A model generated the notes under the pieces. The model searched no databases. It saw only the letters and a program-made list of their open reading frames with translations, and was not told the origin of the DNA. The position numbers and the translations under genes were made by a program. DNA of 41,977 bases. Origin: a virus. Below are positions 34,662 to 41,922 of the stretch, one piece after another. The stretch is from IMG/VR virus record IMGVR_UViG_3300045988_017181; one strand, written 5' to 3'. Within the stretch, counting starts at the first letter, position 1. Each line of letters opens with the position of its first letter.

Positions 34662-34797
34662 TATCTTCCTCATCATAGTCGTCGTCTTCATCCTCGTCGT
34701 CTTCTTCATCAAGGGACTCAAGATATTCCTGATACTCGTCTTCCCAACGAGCTTCCCAATCAGATTCCATTCGATCAAGTTCCTTCTGAGTCTGCAT
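34651..34797 (-). CDS. Small, highly acidic protein (48 aa), below the ORF-track cutoff
   Basis: ATG at 34797 after AGAGAGG. MQTQKELDRMESDWEARWEDEYQEYLESLDEEDDEDEDDDYDEEDNDY*. Its stop overlaps the thyX ATG (ATGACTACTAA). Confidence 0.55.
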   Translation of the reverse strand: MQTQKELDRMESDWEARWEDEYQEYLESLDEEDDEDEDDDYDEEDNDY

Positions 34798-34823
34798 AAT
34801 TGCCTCTCTTTAAAAATAAAATG

Positions 34824-34911
34824 TGGTGCCCTAGGAGGGAATCGAACCCTCACGAGCCTTGCTTCTCCACTGATTCTAATTCAGTTGTGTATACCATTTC
34901 ACCACTAGGGC
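34824..34911 (-). tRNA. tRNA-Leu (anticodon UAG), type II with a long variable arm; CCA encoded
   Basis: Manual cloverleaf: acceptor GCCCTAG/CTAGGGC; anticodon stem ACTGA/TCAGT with loop ATTAGAA; T arm GAGGG-TTCGATT-CCCTC; 17-nt variable region. Confidence 0.85.
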
Positions 34912-35044
34912 CTGTGGGGTAACCGTTGCCCCCATTCGGATCTATTTCGGTAGACATCCTATTCGGGAGCTACCCGACCTGCTAAGAGCCGTAGGACTTC
35001 CTCACTTCTCTTATGATGAGAGGAGTACAATCAAACAGCGTATT

Positions 35045-35121
35045 TGGTCTCTCCTACAGGATTCGAACCTGTGACCGTATGCTTAGAAGGCATATGCTCT
35101 ATCCAACTGAGCTAAGGAGAG
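35045..35121 (-). tRNA. tRNA-Arg (anticodon UCU); CCA encoded
   Basis: Manual cloverleaf: acceptor CTCTCCT/AGGAGAG; D arm GCTC-AGTTGGATA-GAGC; anticodon stem TATGC/GCATA with loop CTTCTAA; T arm ACAGG-TTCGAAT-CCTGT. Confidence 0.9.
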
Positions 35122-35540
35122 TTTTGTTCTTTGTGAATATTGATTATTGCTTCAAGTCGTCTATTGGTGTCTCTGAGTATCTTAACACCTTCCCCGTGTA
35201 GTTCTGCACCTTCTGACAGTAGGTTTCTACACTGGACGACTGACTCTGCATAAGCTCTATCGGTATGTTGCATGATGGCTTTGTTTCCCGCGTTGATGTT
35301 GTACTGCAGGCGGTTAACCCGCTTATCAATAGCAGATTGCACAGCATCAGTGGTAGCCATGTCTTTAAGAAGTAAGTTAATCGTCGCATCCTTTCTTTCC
35401 TGTAGAGTCTTTAGTTCCGTTAAGTGAGCCCGTTGTTCCTCTAGGAGAATCTCTTGATTTCTTTTTTCCTCAATAGATTCACCTAGAGCCAGTCCCAGAA
35501 TGAACGCAAGGATAACCATAAGAGATTTCACATATTGCAT
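35112..35540 (-). CDS. Rz-like i-spanin candidate (N-terminal TM anchor plus coiled coil)
   Basis: MQYVKSLMVILAFILGLALG signal-anchor followed by heptad-like charged sequence. Contains an embedded lipoprotein ORF in another frame. The last 10 nt overlap tRNA-Arg. Confidence 0.5.
   Translation of the reverse strand: MQYVKSLMVILAFILGLALGESIEEKRNQEILLEEQRAHLTELKTLQERKDATINLLLKDMATTDAVQSAIDKRVNRLQYNINAGNKAIMQHTDRAYAESVVQCRNLLSEGAELHGEGVKILRDTNRRLEAIINIHKEQNSP
35144..35389 (-). CDS. Rz1-like o-spanin candidate, embedded out of frame in 35112..35540
   Basis: MRR n-region, hydrophobic core and lipobox LTAC (LLISGLTA|C). Entirely nested within the i-spanin candidate, as in T7 and lambda Rz/Rz1. Confidence 0.5.
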   Translation of the reverse strand: MRRLTYFLKTWLPLMLCNLLLISGLTACSTTSTRETKPSCNIPIELMQSQSSSVETYCQKVQNYTGKVLRYSETPIDDLKQ

Positions 35541-35543
35541 ACT

Positions 35544-35569
35544 CTCTCCCTAGGAGTATTGATTTTATT
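35544..35569 (-). promoter_or_regulatory. Phage-type promoter copy (AATAAAATCAATACTCCTAGGGAGAG)
   Basis: 25/26 match to consensus. Overlaps the amidase stop, upstream of the spanin/tRNA/thyX block. Confidence 0.6.
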
Positions 35570-36155
35570 CAATGCGGACAATATCCCCTTCTTCAGGGTC
35601 TCCATTAAAGTCCTTAAAGACACCCTTAGAGAAGACTACCTTACTCCAGAACGCCTCAGTATCTTCATACCGAGCAAACTTAGCGCCCTTATACCATCCC
35701 TTAACATCAAAACAAGGACAGTCTTTGTTGACGCCTGCAAAATCTCTGTGGCCAAGTACAGTGACCTCATCTTTATAGTACCCTCTGAGATAGTCCAGTA
35801 GATACTTAAGAGACTCCTTCTGCTCCTCTGTAAAGTTGTCTACGGACTTGCCCTTAGCATCCACACCACCAATGAGGCAGATACCAACAGAACAGTTGTT
35901 GTAACCCTTTACATGGGAACCAATGGCCTCTAGGGGCCTACCTCTCTGGATGGTGCCGTCAGTACGGATTACAAAGTGGTAACCAATACCCAGCCACCCC
36001 TGCTGTCTGTGCATCTGGTCAATGGTTTTCCACGTAAAAGATGACACATTCTGAGTGGCAGAGCAGTGAACGACAAGATATTTAGTAGTCTCTCTATTCT
36101 TATAAGAGACAAAAGATTTATGCTCCTCAATCTTTGGAGCCTTGAAAGAAACCAT
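35565..36155 (-). CDS. N-acetylmuramoyl-L-alanine amidase / lysozyme (T7 gp3.5-like)
   Basis: YLVVHCSAT, GWLGIGYHFVI..DG, HVKGYN..SVGICLIGG and VLGHRDF...KDCPCF motifs of the T7 lysozyme/PGRP amidase fold. Confidence 0.85.
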   Translation of the reverse strand: MVSFKAPKIEEHKSFVSYKNRETTKYLVVHCSATQNVSSFTWKTIDQMHRQQGWLGIGYHFVIRTDGTIQRGRPLEAIGSHVKGYNNCSVGICLIGGVDAKGKSVDNFTEEQKESLKYLLDYLRGYYKDEVTVLGHRDFAGVNKDCPCFDVKGWYKGAKFARYEDTEAFWSKVVFSKGVFKDFNGDPEEGDIVRIE

Positions 36156-36162
36156 ATTTTAA

Positions 36163-36615
36163 TTAACCTTTATTAAGAAGAATCCCTTCAGGGATTACCT
36201 TGGGATCCTCTTTAATCCATTCAAGGGGGATTGTTTTGTCTGAATACTTGATCCCATTCTTTTCACAAAATGAAGCATAAGTTGTTTTGCTTCCTTTGTA
36301 AATAGGGGTTTTGGATCTACTAAAGACAAAGCGAATGTCCAACTCGGGGTGTTGAGCCTTAATTAAAATATGTTTCTTCCTATCTTCAGAATCCCATACA
36401 CCTTTAGTTTCTATGAGAATCCCATTAGGCAAAACGAAGTCAGGAGTATATTTGTGCTTACTTTCTGGCACAATATACTCCAGATACTTCTCCTCATAAT
36501 AAGGCTCAATGCCGAAGGCCCTGAGGGAGTCTGAGACTTTCTCCTCAAGGCCACTTCGGTAAGTTCCCCTGTTGTGCATCCTCTTTTTACTATAGGCCGC
36601 ACTACGGGTAGTCAT
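36163..36615 (-). CDS. Endonuclease I (T7 gp3-like Holliday junction resolvase)
   Basis: YTPDFVLPNGILIETKG matches the T7 endonuclease I catalytic block. Confidence 0.85.
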   Translation of the reverse strand: MTTRSAAYSKKRMHNRGTYRSGLEEKVSDSLRAFGIEPYYEEKYLEYIVPESKHKYTPDFVLPNGILIETKGVWDSEDRKKHILIKAQHPELDIRFVFSRSKTPIYKGSKTTYASFCEKNGIKYSDKTIPLEWIKEDPKVIPEGILLNKG

Positions 36616-36638
36616 TTATTCCTTTAAATGCTTCGCAT

Positions 36639-37223
36639 TTATTCCTTTAAATGCTCCTTAAGCAGGTTGCTACGAGAAGGAAGCATAATCCTACAGCCTT
36701 CATGAACCTCATCTTCATAAATGTCATACTCATAAGAGCCGAAAACTCGAATGAAGTATTTATTGTCCCTATCGCTCCAATCGGGCAGGATTTGTCCAAT
36801 CATAAGGTCGGGACGGCAGAAGCACTCTGCAGATTCATCAACAGGATCAAACATGACAAGGACACAGGCACCCTCAACACCACTAAGATCCTTGCTAAGG
36901 AATTCATCAATGCTGTAAGGCTTATCGTACTCGACACCTTCTTCGTCTTCAAAGATAAGATCCTTATCCTTGACATAGAACGTGAACGAGTAGGGCATCA
37001 CACCGTAGATGAATTTAGCGTCATAGAAAGCGGTGGTGTTCTTGAAGTCCTTCTTATCGTTCCCAGCAAAGGAGCAATAAAAGTCAATTGGTGCCTTACC
37101 ATACTTTTCAATGTGCCAGTTGTAAGCCTCAATTGCTGACTCAAGAGCCTTTTCAAGACCTTCCTCAGTAAGGAGGAGGCCGAGCCCTTCACGAATCTTA
37201 TGGCCGAAAGTAAACTTAATCAT
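36639..37223 (-). CDS. Hypothetical protein (194 aa)
   Basis: ORF between the SSB and endonuclease I genes. No motif recognised. Confidence 0.6.
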   Translation of the reverse strand: MIKFTFGHKIREGLGLLLTEEGLEKALESAIEAYNWHIEKYGKAPIDFYCSFAGNDKKDFKNTTAFYDAKFIYGVMPYSFTFYVKDKDLIFEDEEGVEYDKPYSIDEFLSKDLSGVEGACVLVMFDPVDESAECFCRPDLMIGQILPDWSDRDNKYFIRVFGSYEYDIYEDEVHEGCRIMLPSRSNLLKEHLKE

Positions 37224-37844
37224 TTAGAAATCTCCGGGGACATCGTTGTCAATATCTTCAAAGCTCTTAGAGGAATCCTCAGGCTCCTCACCGTTATAAC
37301 CCTCTTCCTCTTCAAAGCCATAAGAGGACGCAGAGGCATCACCGAACTCATTCAGAGAGATAACCTGAACTGCAAGGAGTCGCAGTGAAAGCCCACAGGT
37401 ACGCGTAGAGGGCATGTAGTACGGGTTGGCAGTGAAGGACACCTTGATGACACTGTCTCGACCGATGTTGACGTCAATGGGCTTCCCCTTAGAGTCAAAC
37501 TGGCGGATCTTGACGGTAATCTTGGAACCATCCTTCTTCGTGATGACCGCCTTCTGCTTGAACTTCATCACAATGCGGCCTTCTTCATCCTTTTCATAGA
37601 TGTCCTGAGTCACCACCTTGCGGCCCTTCGCAATGGCCTGCTTGACGTTGTCGTCATTATCATAGAAGTCCTCAAGGACTGCCTCGAGCTTAGACACGAG
37701 GGAATTGGTCTTCTCGTCATCTTCCATGACAAGATTAACCTTGTAGTCACCCTCAGGATTAAACTTCGTGTCAGGAGTCTTGAGAGCGGGATACTGTGCG
37801 AGACCCTTAGGGGTCGTGAAACGATTGTTGTTGTTGCTAGACAT
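37224..37844 (-). CDS. Single-stranded DNA-binding protein (T7 gp2.5-like)
   Basis: Size, position and the acidic C-terminal tail ending in F (EDIDNDVPGDF) are typical of gp2.5. Confidence 0.75.
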   Translation of the reverse strand: MSSNNNNRFTTPKGLAQYPALKTPDTKFNPEGDYKVNLVMEDDEKTNSLVSKLEAVLEDFYDNDDNVKQAIAKGRKVVTQDIYEKDEEGRIVMKFKQKAVITKKDGSKITVKIRQFDSKGKPIDVNIGRDSVIKVSFTANPYYMPSTRTCGLSLRLLAVQVISLNEFGDASASSYGFEEEEGYNGEEPEDSSKSFEDIDNDVPGDF

Positions 37845-37889
37845 TAATTACTTCCTTGTTTGTTGATTTAACCTAGGGAGGCTTGGTTA

Positions 37890-37915
37890 CTCTCCCTAGG
37901 AGTATGGATTTTATT
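37890..37915 (-). promoter_or_regulatory. Phage-type promoter copy (exact consensus AATAAAATCCATACTCCTAGGGAGAG) upstream of the SSB gene
   Basis: Exact 26-mer. The transcript start GGGAG...CTCCC can form a 5' stem-loop (inverted repeat CCTAGGGAG / CTCCCTAGG at 37872..37880 and 37892..37900). Confidence 0.65.
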
Positions 37916-37925
37916 AGTTGGGGTT

Positions 37926-37992
37926 AGCTAAAGGCTAGCTTGCTAGCTAAAGGCTAGCTTGCTAGCTAAAGGCTAGCTTGCTAGCTAAAGGC
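37926..37992. repeat. 3.5 copies of the 19-bp unit AGCTAAAGGCTAGCTTGCT straddling the RNAP stop codon
   Basis: Copies at 37926, 37945 and 37964, plus a partial copy at 37983. The partial copy encodes the RNAP C-terminal AFS*. Confidence 0.9.
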
Positions 37993-40617
37993 GTACATGG
38001 ACTCCTTGACTCGCTCAAGATCAAGGTTTCCCTTAGAGGGAATCTCAGGGAGCTTGTCGACCATCTTAGGAGACAAAAGGTTTTCAACGTGGTCATGAAG
38101 ATCCTGCAGTACATCATTCTTACTGTAGGTATCTACAAACACTTCCCTAACGGTCGTAAACATGATGTCACCATGTCCCGCAGGTGCTCCATAGGAGTCA
38201 TGAATCATCGCAAAGGACTTGACACCCTTGTCTACACAAGAGCACACCGTAAGCATAAGGTGGGAGGCATCCATGCTATGGACGTAGTTGGGTGCAATAC
38301 CCTGCTTCTGCTTTCGGGTGTCAATCTCGGGGGTACTCTCGTACACCACGGGATTGATAGAGGCACCTTCCTCAATCTGGCTGTCTTCCTTGAATGGCTC
38401 CTTGACTCGAATGGTTCCAGTAGTGAAAGTCCTGAGTTGCTTGAGCACAACCTTGTTGTACTTCTGTTTTACAGGGAATCCCGCAGGGGTAATCCAATAG
38501 GTAGGCATACTTTGGCCGTTGATGTCCTTGTCCTGAGCGAGGAGACCGCTTGCAACCTGAAGCCAACCCATAGCCTCCACAGCTTTCACTACGACCCCTT
38601 GCAGGGCTTCCCAGATCAATCCAGCCATGTACCTAGCGGACTGGCTAGGGCGACTGAAGGACGTGGGATTCTTTGAAAGAGCAGGGTAAATAGTGTCTTC
38701 TAAAACCTGTTCGGCAAAGCCAAATTTACTAGAGCCATAGCAAAGCGTCATGGTGCTACGCTTAGTCACCTTACGGGTAACTCCGTGCTTGAGCCATTCC
38801 GTGGCCATACTACGGGTGCCCTTCTTCAGGTAATCGTCACCGTCTTCAGTTTTAGCCATGGTGTCATCGGTACCATTGTCATAGTCCTTTTTAAGGAGTC
38901 CTATGACCTTAGTAGCGACAATGCCATAGATGTCATGAACATGATCGTCAGGCATGAGGTTGACGGCTTCCCCACCTACTTCGTCCCGAAGCATCGCAGA
39001 GAAATGCTGTAAGCCAGAGCAAGAGCCATCAAAGGCAATCGGGAGGTGAGACACGTAAGAGTCACCCTTATCCAGATAGTCCGACCACTCAAAGCAGAAC
39101 GCAAGGAATTCCCAAGGAGAGTCCGTCTCAGTCCATCGGAGATCCTGCAAGGGATCCTTGGCAATAGACAGAATCATGTCGGTGTTCTCATAGACCCAAG
39201 CAATACGCTCTTCAAAGGGTTTCTTGTCAAGGCCGTAGCAGTTAGCACCCTGAAAGGCCAACCACGTGTGACCATTCTCGCCCAACGGGACACCTTCGGC
39301 AAACTCAATGAGGGCTTTAGTAAAGTCATTACCTTGAGGGCTCAACTGGGTCAAGGGATAGACACGACCACGGAAATCAAGGTTGTGGGGGAAATAGATT
39401 TCCATGTCGTCCTTGTAGGTGTTTGCCAGTGCGAGGACACCATTGACAAGGTAACGCTTGCTCTTACGCTTATTGTCGTCTTGATAGTAGTGCACCATAG
39501 CACTTCGCCAATCACGCTGGACCTCCTCGTTAGTATCTGCCTCTACAGGCCTCACAGGAGGCTCCGCAGGGGTCGCAGAGGGCATCTCAAGGCCTTCAGG
39601 AATGTGGGCCCAAGAGCAAACCTCGTTAGCCACGTCGAGCACTCTACGGTTGACCCTCCAAGCCGTAGACTGGATGGCATTGACGGCCTTATACACGTTA
39701 GGCATGTCAACCTCATCGTAGAGCTGTGCACACTCCTTAGAGGGCATTCTAACAAGCTGTATGGGTTTCTTAAGGTTAATCAGGTAACCACCATCAAAAG
39801 GGGTAGACCACGGCTTAGGAGGAATTACCATTGGCCTATTTTGGAACATGAGACTAGCCGTTTCCTCATCCTCGTGTTCCAAGTACGTCAACACGTCGGG
39901 GTCAAGACAGAAAATGTAGTGCACGTTTTTGTTGTCACTCATAGTTTTCTCAAGGGCACCTAAGCCAGTAGACACGATGAAAATGTCTACCAACTTAAGA
40001 CCTACTTGGACCCTGTTAGCATTACCCCACTTGTTCCATCTCTTGAGTCTCTTTTCGTTTGCTAGGATTTTTTCTTTGTTTTCAACATAGCGCTTTTTGA
40101 ACTGCATGGAAATACGCTTATCAAGCCCTGCATTAAAGCGACTGAGCTCTTTCTTATCCATGGTTGCAACTACCATCTTGAACCGAAGTTCATCCTCAAT
40201 AGCCTCACCAATTGCAGAGGACAATTTGGTTAAAGACACGATTCCAAGGGAATTTTCAATGATGGTCCTAATCGCAATGAATGCGATTTCTTCGGAAGAC
40301 AAAGACCGAATAAGGGATGCCATCACATGACGCTTACCGGGCTTACCCGTGTCTACTTCCTTAAACCACTTGTCAAGGGCCTTAGTCATGACAGGGATGG
40401 CTTCACTGATAAGGACTCTAGAGGCACCCATATTACCAATAGTACCGCTTTCAATGGCCTTATTACGCTTAGACATGAAAGCATTGAAGGCATTTTCCTT
40501 GCTTTCAAGTTCTAATTCAATTTCCCTGTCTACACGGGCTTTGCCGTATTTAAGACAAAGATCATCATATTCATTTTCACCATCAATTCTAAAACTATTC
40601 AATTTATCATAAGACAT
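37981..40617 (-). CDS. Single-subunit DNA-directed RNA polymerase (T7 gp1-like)
   Basis: DGSCSGLQHFSAMLRDEVGG, IHDSYGA and a C-terminal ...YAFS. 878 aa. Confidence 0.95.
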   Translation of the reverse strand: MSYDKLNSFRIDGENEYDDLCLKYGKARVDREIELELESKENAFNAFMSKRNKAIESGTIGNMGASRVLISEAIPVMTKALDKWFKEVDTGKPGKRHVMASLIRSLSSEEIAFIAIRTIIENSLGIVSLTKLSSAIGEAIEDELRFKMVVATMDKKELSRFNAGLDKRISMQFKKRYVENKEKILANEKRLKRWNKWGNANRVQVGLKLVDIFIVSTGLGALEKTMSDNKNVHYIFCLDPDVLTYLEHEDEETASLMFQNRPMVIPPKPWSTPFDGGYLINLKKPIQLVRMPSKECAQLYDEVDMPNVYKAVNAIQSTAWRVNRRVLDVANEVCSWAHIPEGLEMPSATPAEPPVRPVEADTNEEVQRDWRSAMVHYYQDDNKRKSKRYLVNGVLALANTYKDDMEIYFPHNLDFRGRVYPLTQLSPQGNDFTKALIEFAEGVPLGENGHTWLAFQGANCYGLDKKPFEERIAWVYENTDMILSIAKDPLQDLRWTETDSPWEFLAFCFEWSDYLDKGDSYVSHLPIAFDGSCSGLQHFSAMLRDEVGGEAVNLMPDDHVHDIYGIVATKVIGLLKKDYDNGTDDTMAKTEDGDDYLKKGTRSMATEWLKHGVTRKVTKRSTMTLCYGSSKFGFAEQVLEDTIYPALSKNPTSFSRPSQSARYMAGLIWEALQGVVVKAVEAMGWLQVASGLLAQDKDINGQSMPTYWITPAGFPVKQKYNKVVLKQLRTFTTGTIRVKEPFKEDSQIEEGASINPVVYESTPEIDTRKQKQGIAPNYVHSMDASHLMLTVCSCVDKGVKSFAMIHDSYGAPAGHGDIMFTTVREVFVDTYSKNDVLQDLHDHVENLLSPKMVDKLPEIPSKGNLDLERVKESMYAFS

Positions 40618-40765
40618 AGGGGTTACCTTTAGTTATATCTATAGATCTTTTATATTCTTTTATATAGGGTTATATAGGTGATGATGTAGGATATTACCCA
40701 TAGTTAAACTATAGACTCCTGTGGTTTCCTTTAGATTTCCTTAGGAGTCTATAGCCTCTTTCACC

Positions 40766-40791
40766 CTCTCCCTAGGAGTATGGATTTTATT
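40766..40791 (-). promoter_or_regulatory. Phage-type promoter copy (exact consensus), 149 nt upstream of the RNAP ATG
   Basis: Exact 26-mer. The downstream 5'UTR contains a perfect 12-bp inverted repeat CTATAGACTCCT/AGGAGTCTATAG (40709..40720 and 40743..40754). Confidence 0.6.
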
Positions 40792-40808
40792 AAATCCTCG
40801 TGTCTCCT

Positions 40809-40895
40809 CTAACCATTGATTTTACCTTTCTCAACACACTCATCGTATTCATTTTCACCATCAATTCTAAAACTATTCAATTTATCATAAGACAT
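40809..40895 (-). CDS. 28-aa in-frame fusion mini-ORF created by the duplication (RNAP residues 1-17 fused to the last 11 residues of the DUF3310-like protein; the junction D is common to both)
   Basis: ATG at 40895 with the same RBS context as the RNAP gene. Reads MSYDKLNSFRIDGENEYDECVEKGKING*. Confidence 0.4.
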   Translation of the reverse strand: MSYDKLNSFRIDGENEYDECVEKGKING

Positions 40896-41043
40896 AGGGG
40901 TTACCTTTAGTTATATCTATAGATCTTTTATATTCTTTTATATAGGGTTATATAGGTGATGATGTAGGATATTACCCATAGTTAAACTATAGACTCCTGT
41001 GGTTTCCTTTAGATTTCCTTAGGAGTCTATAGCCTCTTTCACC

Positions 41044-41069
41044 CTCTCCCTAGGAGTATGGATTTTATT
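41044..41069 (-). promoter_or_regulatory. Phage-type promoter copy (exact consensus), second copy from the 278-bp duplication
   Basis: Identical to 40766..40791, offset by 278 bp. Confidence 0.6.
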
Positions 41070-41086
41070 AAATCCTCGTGTCTCCT

Positions 41087-41371
41087 CTAACCATTGATTT
41101 TACCTTTCTCAACACACTCATCGTTGACATAGATGGTACCGAATGACTCGAAAGTACGCAACCATTCGGCATAAGTCAGGTATTTGTTTCTGTCTTTCTC
41201 TGCGGATTCACCCTCTTTGCGTCCTGCTCTGAACGCATATTTAATCATATTGCCCTTAAGGAATCCAATGAATTCCTCATGAGATAATACATTGAGCATC
41301 AATTCAATAGGCTGGACAGCTCCCATGTAATGGGTACTTGTTTCAGGCTTTCCACTGTTAATTTCTTCCAT
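41087..41371 (-). CDS. DUF3310-like protein (94 aa)
   Basis: HY....QPIE......F..GN.IKYAFRAGRK.....D.NKY pattern. Start moved to the ATG at 41371 (AAGGAG RBS), because the longer track ORF overlaps the upstream small ORF. Confidence 0.6.
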   Translation of the reverse strand: MEEINSGKPETSTHYMGAVQPIELMLNVLSHEEFIGFLKGNMIKYAFRAGRKEGESAEKDRNKYLTYAEWLRTFESFGTIYVNDECVEKGKING

Positions 41372-41382
41372 TTTGTCTCCTT

Positions 41383-41490
41383 TTAGTAATAGATTCCCAT
41401 AAGTTTGCAAATAAAGACAAACAGGGGAAAGATTCCAAGAATGATTGCAATTCCAATGAATACAATCAGGTATTCTTTAAGATTAAGCAT
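41383..41490 (-). CDS. Small hydrophobic peptide (35 aa), below the ORF-track cutoff
   Basis: ATG overlaps the upstream stop (AATGCTTAA). MLNLKEYLIVFIGIAIILGIFPLFVFICKLMGIYY*, one TM helix. Confidence 0.4.
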   Translation of the reverse strand: MLNLKEYLIVFIGIAIILGIFPLFVFICKLMGIYY

Positions 41491-41785
41491 TCTTTTCAAT
41501 CTCCTTGATATGGTTATTCCACATTGACAGAATTGCATTCATAACAGAGCCGTGCATGGATGCCACACCGACAAGAATCATAGCTCCGCCTTTAGTGTAC
41601 TTGCAGATCCTGCCTACGACTTCCTCACTTCCTTGATACATACCCGAAAAAGTGTAGATCGGTTCGCAGTCGGTGCTAGGATGATTAGCTACGAATGTTA
41701 CTATATACGTCCCGTCCTTCCAGCGGTAGAAAAGAACAGAGGCTACGTCAGAGCGTTCGATGACGGTGGTGGTGCGAGTATACAT
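41483..41785 (-). CDS. Hypothetical early protein (100 aa)
   Basis: First ORF after the non-coding arm. No motif recognised. Confidence 0.55.
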   Translation of the reverse strand: MYTRTTTVIERSDVASVLFYRWKDGTYIVTFVANHPSTDCEPIYTFSGMYQGSEEVVGRICKYTKGGAMILVGVASMHGSVMNAILSMWNNHIKEIEKNA

Positions 41786-41859
41786 GCTATATCCTATGGA
41801 CGCCCCTAGGGCGTTCTATGGCTTTCCTAGGGGCATTCCTTTAGTTGTTTGGCGTGGTT

Positions 41860-41922
41860 GCTAGAGATGCTAGAGATCTAGCGGTTGCTAGAGATCTAGC
41901 GGTTGCTAGAGATCTAGCGGTT
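41860..41922. repeat. 3.5 copies of the 18-bp unit GCTAGAGATCTAGCGGTT
   Basis: Partial copy at 41860, full copies at 41869, 41887 and 41905. Abuts the terminal GCTAGTGTCCTAGCTGTC array. Confidence 0.95.

Larger units (their letters stand above)
40568..41123. repeat. Exact tandem duplication, 2 x 278 bp (40568..40845 and 40846..41123)
   Basis: Base-by-base comparison shows identical copies. Each copy holds the last 37 nt of the DUF3310-like gene, the promoter, the RNAP 5'UTR and the first 50 nt of the RNAP ORF. Confidence 0.9.

Noticed and set aside
34662-34853. N-terminal 64-aa extension of the thyX ORF as listed in the track (start 34853)
   Set aside because: The extension runs through the tRNA-Leu gene and overlaps a better-supported small acidic ORF in another frame. 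The internal ATG at 34661 is coupled to that ORF's stop.
34912-35044. Possible third tRNA or tRNA-like element in the 133-nt spacer between tRNA-Leu and tRNA-Arg
   Set aside because: I could not build a cloverleaf. There is no T-arm GTTCRANNC-type loop or matching acceptor stem, only short generic hairpins. It should still be run through tRNAscan-SE or ARAGORN.
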